DNA of 64,000 nt from Eledone cirrhosa (Eukaryota), in assembly GCA_964016885.1 (NCBI GenBank), contig OZ024756.1, positions 38,750,001 through 38,814,000 of the forward strand, read 5' to 3'. Under the pieces are notes generated by a model. It was not told the DNA's origin, did no database searches, and worked only from the letters and a program-made list of their open reading frames with translations. Position 1 is the first letter of the stretch; every line of letters begins with the position of its first letter. The translations under genes were made by a program, and so were the position numbers. Shown here piece by piece: positions 53,282 to 64,000 of the stretch.

Positions 53282-53990
53282 GTGTATGTATCAGTATTTG
53301 TGTATATATCAGAGTTAATATTTGTATATATATATATATAAGTTGATATTTTTAAACATATATATCTTGAAAGTTTGAACAGTCATTTTTCTATAGTGTC
53401 ACTCTCTACTTATTGAGGTAATTACTTTAGTAATATTATATCTTTATAGGGATGAGAAGTTATATAGTTGAGACCTTATAATATTATATGTGTATAGGGA
53501 TGAGAAGTTATAAATCTAAGACTTTATAATGGAGCATGACGTATTTTCTCTTATATTATCTCTGGGGTAAAATTATCTTAATTTCTGAGATTTACCTCAA
53601 AGGACAAACATTTCAGTTGGGAATTCTTATGCTTTGCTTGAAATTACATTAAGTTGTTATTTCGAATTATATCAAGAAATCTAACCATTCATTCTACAAA
53701 CGAAATTGGTGTCAAATTCTTCAATTTATGTCAATTTTCAATGGATTGTTCTATTGGTTTCGTTGCTGATGTCTTAGAAAAAGAATTGCTAACTTCACAG
53801 AACAGTAACTTTCAAATTTATTCAATGTAATCCAGGCCCTTCTCACTCCTGTTGGAGAGGCCCCTTTCTGGTTGAACTGCACCAATTTCTGTTTGGTTTT
53901 GGTCATGTCTTCAGAGGTATAGCCGTACTCAGCAACAACGCATCAATACGCACACCCACATGCACATATGTATACACATATATGCGTATG

Positions 53991-54051
<61 letters not shown>

Positions 54052-56184
54052 TTACAGTACCAGTCAAGTACTGGGTCGATTCTTCCTCTATATCTCTTCC
54101 TCACTTCCTTTCTCTCATTCTCTCCATCCTTCTCTGGAAGAAATCTGCTGTAATCAGGCCTGGAGAAGGGATGGGCTCTGTTAGGTTTAAAAGTGCCCTA
54201 AGAAACGCCGTATGTCAATTTGGCGCCTCTACGACTCCCTTAGGAGTTACAGAACCACACCACACCACACCACACCACACCACACCACACCGCACCACAC
54301 TACACTACACCACACCAAACCACACCACACCACACTATACCACACCAAACCACATCGAACCACACCACACCACACCACACCACACCACACCACACCACAC
54401 CACACCACACCACACCACACCACACTACGCTACACCACACCGAACCACACCACACTACACCACACCACACCACACCTAAAAAATTTGGATCAGCTCACAC
54501 TATAGGAGTTCTCTCCCTTTCTTGCTTTCCATGATCTAAACACCCACAAAGAGGGTTTCTGACTTGAAATTGACACCACACTACACCACACCACAGCACC
54601 ACACTACACTACACTACACCACACCACACTACACGACACTACACCACACCAGACCACACAATACCACCCCCAAACTACACCACACTACACCACACCACAC
54701 CACACCAAACTACACCACACTACACTACACCATACCACAGCACCACCACACTACACCACACCTCACCACACCACAGCACACCACAGATATATATCAGCAG
54801 TGTGTGTTACGACCAAGGAAGAAGACAGCTCTAACATGTGTTTTTTTCAGATGTATCCCACGTTCAATTAGAGTTGCTCTTTTACAAGGATTAATTAATG
54901 AGCTCACCCACGCATGGAATCAGCAAAGTTCATTAATATAAAATTATTTTTCCTGGTGTTGAATGGCTTATTAATTCAGACGTGGAGAACGGCTTAAACA
55001 GCCTTGCAACGCTGTATCAGTTGTTCCTGTGTCGACAGATAAGAGAAAGAAGAGATAACGAGGGAAGGTGAAATTAGGAAATATAGAGTCTATGAGGGAG
55101 GGATCAAGGAAAAATAGAGTCTATGAGGGAGGGATCAAGGAAAAATAGAGTCTATGAGGGAGGGATCAAGGAAATCAAGGGGCAGGGTGAGGAGGGATTA
55201 AATGAAATATACATATATATATAACAAAGGAATTGTGGTAAGGGACCAGAAGGATCATAACGCACCAGAGTACTCAATACTTAGGGTAGTAGAGTGGGAA
55301 ATAGGAAAAAGTATGACCCCGACGGCAGAGCTCCGGCCGTTTCGACAGCTAGATATATATTAACCATACTTTATACCAACCATCTATTCACCTGTTAACA
55401 ACTGCAGGGATTAACTCTATATTGTTGATCGTCTGCGCAGCATCTTTCAACATTTCTTTTCTATGTTTGTTAACTGACGTTTGTCTTGAGGATTAGTTTA
55501 AAAAACAACACGAAATCCATATGTTTACATAACACATACACGTATATACATATATACAAACACACATACACTCACGTATATACATATATACAAACACACA
55601 TACACTCACGTATATACATATATAAACACACATACACTCACGTATATACATATATACAAACACACATACACTCGCGTATATACATATATAAACACACATA
55701 CACTTACGTATATACATATATACAAACACACATACACTCGCGTATATACATATATACAAACACACATACACTCGCGTATATACATATATACAAACAGACA
55801 TACACTCACGTATATACATATATAATCACACATACACTCACGTATATAACTATATATATATATATACAAACACACAACTATGCACACACATACACACACA
55901 GAGGCAGATGGTCTGACACGTATAGGTTTACTTACAGGTATATATAAATACAAATGGAAAGTAAATAGACCCTGTCTCAGTTTCAAAGATGATTGTTTCT
56001 GTTGCTCAATAACTGAACTACTACACGGTATAAGTGGTAAAATATTCCACGGAGATTTTCACCGTTAATCCTATCACATTCATACAAATATATACACACA
56101 CTTGCGCATTACTTGCGTATTACACACTCACACACACATATGTATGAAAAGATGACCTTGTTGAGGTATCTATTTATATATTGG

Positions 56185-56228
56185 TTAATTTCGATGAATC
56201 CCACGAGGATGAAACAATCGTAAATTAA
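56185..56228 (+). ncRNA. Compact hammerhead-like fold with altered core (TCGATGA)
   Basis: TTAATT-TCGATGA-ATCC-CACGA-GGAT-GAAA-C-AATC-G-TA-AATTAA; all three stems pair; GUA triplet. Confidence 0.6.
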
Positions 56229-56330
56229 ATTATGATATAAATAATAGTGTTTGGTGATATATTTTAATGGATATATATATATATATATACGATATTAACA
56301 AATGGAAAGTATATTTATAAAACCATATTT

Positions 56331-56393
56331 ATTTCATTATATATATTTCAAGGATACCATGTTAAATTATGGTATGCCTTCATCAGACAAAAT
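56331..56393 (-). ncRNA. Minimal type I hammerhead motif (family A-prime element, about 56291-56586)
   Basis: ATTTTGT-CTGATGA-AGGCATACCAT-aatttaac-ATGGTATCCTT-GAAA-TATATA-TA-ATGAAAT; decayed direct copy at 56822-57030. Confidence 0.8.
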
Positions 56394-56581
56394 ACAATAT
56401 ATACCAGTTTTATAAATAAACATTGACGTACCCTTTCAAAATGCAACCGTTACTTTTGGAAGACATCAGGATAGTGGGTTTGTTTATTTTAGTAAGTCGT
56501 CGTTGTAAATACTTGTCGAGTGCTTTATATCAGTTATAAAAATATTTGCTTGTTGTATCCCAACAATTTAAATAGAACTTT

Positions 56582-56615
<34 letters not shown>

Positions 56616-56764
56616 TAAAACAATGTTGTCTCTGATCGAGACGAAGCGAGATTGTATTTGAATAGATATAAAGATGAGAAAACTCAACGCTAGAACAGTC
56701 GTTAAAACAGCTAAATGAACGATCCGCCATTTTAAAATGGTACTCTCAATTAAATCCCCCCCCC

Positions 56765-56816
<52 letters not shown>

Positions 56817-57025
56817 ACAATATATTAACAAATGGAAACTATATTTATAAAACCATATTTATTTCATTATACACATTTCAAGACACCAAAACAAATTATG
56901 GTGCGCTTTCATCATTGTATTTTGTATTTTTCATATTGTATTTTTACTCCAATAATTTGTTGAGTGCTTTATATCAGTTATAAAAATATTTGCTTGATGT
57001 ATCCCAACAAATTAAATATAACTTC

Positions 57026-57062
<37 letters not shown>

Positions 57063-57271
57063 CTTCTACATATATATATATATATATATATAGGCACATG
57101 AATACTATCAGTTAACCCAATGTATATCACATGTTAAGTGAAAAATTAGGTAGGTGATAGCTATATATTCGGAATATGATATATGCAATCACAGGAGAAC
57201 CAGTAGATATGTAATCTTAGAAATACTGTGTATATATATGTATATATAAATGTATCTATATATAAATATAT

Positions 57272-57372
<101 letters not shown>

Positions 57373-57981
57373 TATATAAATGTATATATATATATATAAA
57401 TGTATATATATAAAGGTATATACATATATAAATGTATATATATATATAAAGATATATATATATATATAAATGTATGTATATAAAAAAGAAAATTTCGCTC
57501 TACATGGCTGAATACAATAAATTTAATCTGAGTTTTTCGAATATTAATAATAACATTCGATTCATTTGCAATTATGCAAACAAGCCTCAATTTGATAGCC
57601 ATGTCAGTAGAATGAACACTTCATTCTTGCTCTTGTGTTGGCATGCGAACAGAACTGCATATAAATGTATGTATATGTATGTATATACAGGGTGTCCTGC
57701 CAAAATGTATACACACTTTGATTACCTGTACAGGCAATATTTATTAGAATGCTGTTGAAGTATGTATATATATTTTTGGGACACCCTGGGAATACTTATA
57801 TATATAAATCTGTGTGTGTATACACACACACACACACACATACACACATATATATGTAAATGTATATGTGTAAATATATATATATATATATCCATTCTAC
57901 ACACACTCACACACATATATATATGTATATATATATATAATATATATTTATCCATTCTATACACACTCACTCACTCTCTCT

Positions 57982-58014
<33 letters not shown>

Positions 58015-58054
58015 CCATTCCCCACACTACACATACATATACATAGACAAGTTT

Positions 58055-58068
58055 CAAAATGGCGGAAG
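58055..58068 (+). promoter_or_regulatory. YY1/ETS-like TSS-proximal motif
   Basis: CAAAATGGCGGAAG; an oppositely oriented AAAATGGCGG lies at about 56724-56733 (-). Confidence 0.35.
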
Positions 58069-58440
58069 CTATACTGATATCCCTTTTTTCCGTCTTTCTT
58101 GCAAGTCTCTGTAGAATCTGTTGGAACTATTATTATTAGGTTGACGAATGAGTTTGAAAGTAAAGTAATTACTCATTGAAACATTTTCCTCATATATGAC
58201 TTGAAACTATTCTCCGTCTCGTAGATTCTTATTTCACTAAGGATATCCATTGCTAGTTTCTGCCTTACCTCTCTCTGCTTTCATAATTAAAACTATAAAA
58301 TAAAGGAAGAAAAAAAGGTAAAAGAACTGACTTTTGCCGTGTAAAGATTCCCGAAAGCTAAACTGATTTTTAATCAAATTACCTTTTTTTCTGAGTGATA
58401 AAAAAAAGTATTTCTATGTTAAGTTTTTACCAAGACTATT

Positions 58441-58960
58441 AAAGTATGTAATTCGGAGATCAGAGAGTCACTCCAGGTAGAGCCGCCACTTCTCGGAATT
58501 GAGAGATCACAGCTCCGATACTATGGATATGTTGTTAGAATGTCTCTGGAAAGAATCACAGGAGAGTCACTCCGGGTAGAGCTGCTGCTTCTCCGAATTG
58601 AGACATCACAGCTCCGATACTATGGGTATGTGGTTAGAATGTCTCAGGTAAGAATTTCTGGATGGAGAGATCACAGCTCCGAAACTATGGGTATGTGGTT
58701 AGAATGTCTCAGGTAAGAATTTCTGGATGGAGAGATCACAGCTCCGAAACTATGGGCATGTGGTTAGAATGTCTCGGGAAAGAATCTCTGGAGAGATTTT
58801 GCGGGCAAAACCAACCGGCAGGAGACCCAGAGGTAGACCCCGAGTAAGATGGTTGGATAACATCCTTGACTAGTCACGCTTGAGGATCCAGCTGGATGAG
58901 TTGGATATGGTTGCTTCTGACAGGACCTGCTGGAAGGAGTGTTTAAGACCCTCTCAAGAA
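58441..58960 (+). mobile_element. RTE LINE 3' fragment with internal tandem duplications
   Basis: KVCNSEIRESLQVEP.LL.IERSQLRYYGYVVRMS segment repeated 4 times, then GRRPRGRPRVRWLDNI. Confidence 0.85.
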
Positions 58961-59455
58961 TAAATGAAGTTTTTACCAAAACATTTTAAAAACTAAAGTA
59001 AGAATTGGAAAGAAGATTTTTCAAATAAAATTGTGTTAGTTTTATGTTTAACTAACACAATTTTATTAAGTACTGCAGTTTTATGTTTAACTGCAGTACT
59101 TAATTTTCTTGCAATAAGAACGATTCCAGGTATATTTTGGGCTGTTGATGCTTGAGGGAACGTTAAATCTTAATAAACCTACTTCCTATGATAATCAAAG
59201 CTATACAGTATAGAATTTAGTTATCTGTATAATATAATAATTGAACCTCGTTGAATATAGTTAATACAAGTTAAGCTCTTTTCCTTAGTAAGGATATTAA
59301 AATATTATTATTCGGCGCCACAATGAAATAGCGATCCTATAAATTGACGATTCTAGAGATAACATTTTTGTAGCAAGATTAGTTTTCTATTAAGATTTGA
59401 GATCATCTAAAGAATATCTTCACAAATTTCCGTTCCACCACTGTAATTCAAAGAG

Positions 59456-60112
59456 AGACAGTGTCGCTAGTGTAACAACAGTGTTGGTAGTGTTATAAGA
59501 GTGTCGGTGGTGTAACAACAGTGTTGGTGGTGTAACAACAGTGTTGGTAGTGTTATAAGAGTGTCGGTGGTGTAACAACAGTGTCGCTAGTGTAACAACA
59601 ATGTTGGTGGTGTAATAACAGTGTTGGTGGTGTAACAACAGTGTTGGTGGTGTAATAACAGTGTTGGTGGTGTAACAACAGTGTTGGTGGTGTAACAACA
59701 GTGTTGGTAGTGTTATAAGAGTGTCGGTGGTGTAATAACAGTGTCACTAATGTAACAACAGTGTTGGTGGTGTAACAACAGTGTTGGTGGTGCAACAACA
59801 GTGTTGGTAGTGTTATAAGAGTGTCGGTGGTGTAATAACAGTGTCGCTAATGTAACAACAGTGTTGGTGGTGTAATAACAGTGTTGGTGGTGTAACAACA
59901 GTGTTGGTGGTGTAACAACAGTGTTGGCGGTGTAACAACAGTGTTGGTAGTGTTATAAGAGTGTTGGTAGCGTAATGACAGTGTTGGTAGCGTAATGACA
60001 GTGTTGGTGGTGTAATGACAGTGTTGGTGGTGTAATGACAGTGTTGGTGGCGTAATGACAGTGTTGGTGGTGTAATGACAGTGTTGGTGGTGTAATGACA
60101 GTGTTGGTGGTG
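59456..60112. repeat. 20-bp minisatellite (gtgttggtggtgtaacaaca)n
   Basis: About 33 units with variants. Confidence 0.95.
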
Positions 60113-61138
60113 TTGAACCAGTATGTGTGATGCTAATACATGGCGAAAGTGGTATTAGCGGAACAGACATGTTACTTGGCAGCCATCCTTAACACGTGAC
60201 GGTGTAAATGAAGATATGGTTAAGACAAATAGGGTATGGAGAGTGAAAGGAGTGGAGAAATAATGGGGGAAGGTTGTGAGGGCAGTGAACGGGTTATTAA
60301 CTTGGGAAGTTGTTACTAAGATGACATAACCCAGGGTAAAGGAAAAACAGGAGAACTTACAAGTCAGGAATGGTTTATTAATCAATCGCATGGTCTACAT
60401 ACAGCTACACACACAGACACACACACACACACAGACAGACAAACAGACACATACATACACACACACACACACAGACAGACAGACAGACACATACACACAC
60501 ACACACACACAGACAGACAAACAGACACATACATACACACACACACACACAGACAGACAGACAGACACATACACACACACACACACACAGACAGACAAAC
60601 AGACACATACATACACACACACACACACAGACAGACAGACAGACACATACACACACACACACACACAGACAGACAAACAGACACATACATACACACACAC
60701 ACACACAGACAGACAGACAGACACATACACACACACACACACACAGACACATACATACACACACACACACACAGACAGACAGACAGACACATACACACAC
60801 ACACACACACAGACAGACAAACAGACACATACATACACACACACACACACAGACAGACAGACAGACACATACACACACACACACACACACACAGACAGAC
60901 AAACAGACACATACATACACACGCACACACACAGACAGGCAGACAGACACATACATACACACACACACACACAGACAGGCAGACATACCGGCAGACAGAC
61001 AGACAGGCATACAGATACACACACAGACACACAGATACACACACAGACAGACAAACAGACACATACATACACACACACACACAGAGACAGGCAGGCATAC
61101 CGGCAGACAGACAGACAGGCATACAGACACACAAACAC

Positions 61139-61173
<35 letters not shown>

Positions 61174-61441
61174 CACGCACACACATACATGCAGACATAC
61201 ACACCGACAGACAGACATACACACAGACAGGCACACACACACACACACACATACATACACACATACATACACACATACATACATACATACATACATACAT
61301 ACATACAGGCATACATACATACATACATACATACATACATACATACATACATACATACATACATGCATACACACACATACGCCTGTGCATACTCACATTG
61401 GCACGTAGACACACAATATTTGAATGTGTCTGTCACGATGT

Positions 61442-61472
<31 letters not shown>

Positions 61473-61479
61473 CACATGA

Positions 61480-61535
<56 letters not shown>

Positions 61536-62195
61536 CATGATGTGCATATATATATATATATGTGCATATATATGTACATGTATATATATGTACATACATG
61601 TACATATATATATATGTATATGTACATACAAGTGCACACACACACATATATATATATATATGTATGTACATACATGTACATATATATATGCACATACAAG
61701 TGCACACACACACACACATACACACACACATACATGTACATATATATATATATATGTACATACATGTACATATATATATATATATATGTACATACATGTA
61801 CATATATATAAATATCATTTTGAAGTATTTTCATAAAAATAAGAACAAAATCTCCAACTGATTTCTCTGCTTTCTCTACGTTGAAGGCGGTAGAGCTGTA
61901 GAGATAAGTATTGGCAGATGTTGAACTTATATAGCATATCTTGTACTCGCAGTTTAAGGCTGCTCGCCTCAATATTCTTAGATCGAGTTAACTTGCTCTG
62001 TTTATTCTCGTAAAGTGGTTTGTCAACCCCTTTAAGGGTATAAAATATGTCTTTCTTAGGTCGTAGGGCCCTTAAAAACCTTGATGGTGTCGAAAGCGCA
62101 TCGTCTCAATATACAGCTTGTCTTGGGCATTTTAAACCGTTGCGGGCCCATCCCTCTCCAGGTCGGAACACAGTCAGTTTTTCCTAGAGAGAGAA

Positions 62196-62278
<83 letters not shown>

Positions 62279-62279
<1 letters not shown>

Positions 62280-62473
62280 CGAAGGAAATGTGGTAAGGAA
62301 CCAGGTGGACCATAACGCACCAAAGTACTCAATACTTAGGGTAGTAGAGTGGGTAATAGGAACGAGTAGGACCCCGACGGCTGAGCTCAAGCCGTTTCGA
62401 CGGCTAATTCTGTACTTAGAATTAGCCGTCGAAACGGCTTGAGCTCAGCCGTCGGGGTCCTACTCGTTCCTAT
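62279..62473. mobile_element. Family B fold-back copy
   Basis: Arms at about 62356-62410 and 62419-62473; (TA)n on both sides. Confidence 0.9.
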
Positions 62474-62489
62474 ATATATATATATATAT

Positions 62490-62892
62490 ATATTAAATTC
62501 AAATATTAATAAAATAGATGTTCTTGTGATCAATTAAATTTTATTATACATATTTCAGAGGTACTTGAATCAAGTTCAATAGTACGTCCTCATCAGATAA
62601 AATAAAATGATACATGACATATCCTGACATGTTAAATGGTTAAGATTCAATCAAGGTAATCACTACCTTGATTGAATCTTAATTGTATCATTTTATTTTA
62701 TCTGATGAGGATGTACTATTGAACTTGATTCAAGTACCTCTGAAATATGTATAATAAAATTTAATTGACCACAAGAACATCTATTTTATTAATATTTGAA
62801 TTTAATATTAATAACTCTGGAAAATATCTCACTGTAGAGTGCTTTCAATCTACTGTAAAACTCATTCTTGTTTAACTCTTGTTTAACTCTTT
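62490..62892. mobile_element. Family A fold-back element with two hammerhead motifs (62538-62603 -, 62695-62760 +)
   Basis: Inverted arms span 62490-62808; CTGATGA 62702-62708; GAAA 62742-62745; tail as in 50100-50205. Confidence 0.9.
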
Positions 62893-62896
62893 AAAA

Positions 62897-62968
<72 letters not shown>

Positions 62969-63112
62969 TATATAATAAGTTGATAGAACTAGCATGGGTA
63001 TCACTGCTAATGCCGGTCGCATCTCAGCGTACTCAATAGGTGATGCTAAATAAACTCCCAGAATATACACATAGTTATTCGCTTCAATACAACACACATA
63101 AGCGGGTACCTT

Positions 63113-63197
<85 letters not shown>

Positions 63198-63201
<4 letters not shown>

Positions 63202-63396
63202 GCATTCCCGCTGATAATGACCAGTGACACTCGCTGCAACAGCAACCCCACCACGTGGAGCTTCTCCCTTAGGCGGGCTCCTGATGCCCCGATCTTTCGT
63301 GGCAGCTCGGCAGTAAGAGAGTCGGAGTACGCCCGAGATCTCGACAGACAGCGGGCCAGTGCGAAGAGGAAACGACCGGAGGGCAATCCCCGGTAT
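63198..63396 (-). mobile_element. Second, diverged CRE-like retrotransposon 3' fragment
   Basis: Across frameshifts: YRGL...FLF, PLSVEISG, RKIG...LLLQRVSLVIISGNAS; abuts (CA)n. Confidence 0.65.
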
Positions 63397-63429
63397 ATGT
63401 TTGTCTTCCTTGCTTATTTACCTTATTTG

Positions 63430-63602
63430 TGGATTGGCAGAATCGGTAGAGGGTCGGACGCCATGCTTTGCAGCATAGAGTTACCTTCCAGTTCAAATCT
63501 CGCCGAGGATTGCCTTTCATCCGTACGGGGTCGATAAAATAAAATACCAGTAATGTACTGGGTAATTGTTGGCCTTGTGTGCCAACAGTAGAAACAGTTA
63601 TT
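63430..63602 (+). mobile_element. SINE S1 copy
   Basis: Matches 6774-6960 and 35495-35661. Confidence 0.85.
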
Positions 63603-63854
63603 TGGCAGTTAACTGCTAAAGGCAATATATTTTACAAGATGAAAATCTTCTGGGCGTGCTGAATAAATTATTTTTCTCTCTCCGTTTCTAACATTTGTTG
63701 AGAGAAACATGGCTACTCATGTGGTAAAAGATAACGAATATATTCAGTCACATTTCATGTATTTTGGTGGGCGTCTATCGTAAAATATCCACTTATTTTC
63801 ATCTTATTGGTCGTCTTTAGCAAGACTATAAAAATGCAATTTAAGACAATTAAG

Positions 63855-63924
<70 letters not shown>

Positions 63925-63927
<3 letters not shown>

Positions 63928-63992
63928 AACAGATTAAAGTTTAAGCAAAAAAATCGGTCCTTTCGCCCTTAACAGGATCTTCTAAAACTCAT
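63925..63992 (-). mobile_element. Diverged family C arm next to (TA)n
   Basis: Minus strand gagttttagaagatcctgttaagggcgaaagg...gcttaaactttaatctg. Confidence 0.75.
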
Positions 63993-64000
63993 ATTACTAC

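Noticed and set aside
53750-53945. Minus-strand open stretch EYGYTSEDMTKTKQKLVQFNQKGASPTG
   Set aside because: Weak splice signals and only a faint resemblance to a calponin repeat; not supportable.

Overview
AT-rich, repeat-dominated eukaryotic genomic DNA, most likely octopus or another cephalopod judging by the SINE/LINE tails and the density of (TA)n, (CA)n and (GA)n. There is a 200-bp assembly gap at 2602-2801. Almost all ORFs in the supplied track are artefacts of micro- and minisatellites. The only host coding sequence I recognise is the terminal exon of POLR2H/RPB8 (24361-24478, +), which the ORF track missed. The rest is tRNA-derived SINEs, RTE, Tx1/L1 and CRE-type LINE fragments, piggyBac- and Tc1/mariner-type MITEs and many minisatellites. 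The most notable signal is at least six sequence-unrelated families of short non-coding elements that mostly sit in or beside (TA)n tracts. They carry minimal type I hammerhead-ribozyme folds (CUGAUGA...GAAA...UH, some with core variants) and share a tail-outward fold-back architecture with one long and one short arm. This fits non-autonomous Penelope-like (pLTR/retrozyme-type) retroelements that target (TA)n. All folds and family assignments were made by eye and have not been checked computationally or experimentally.
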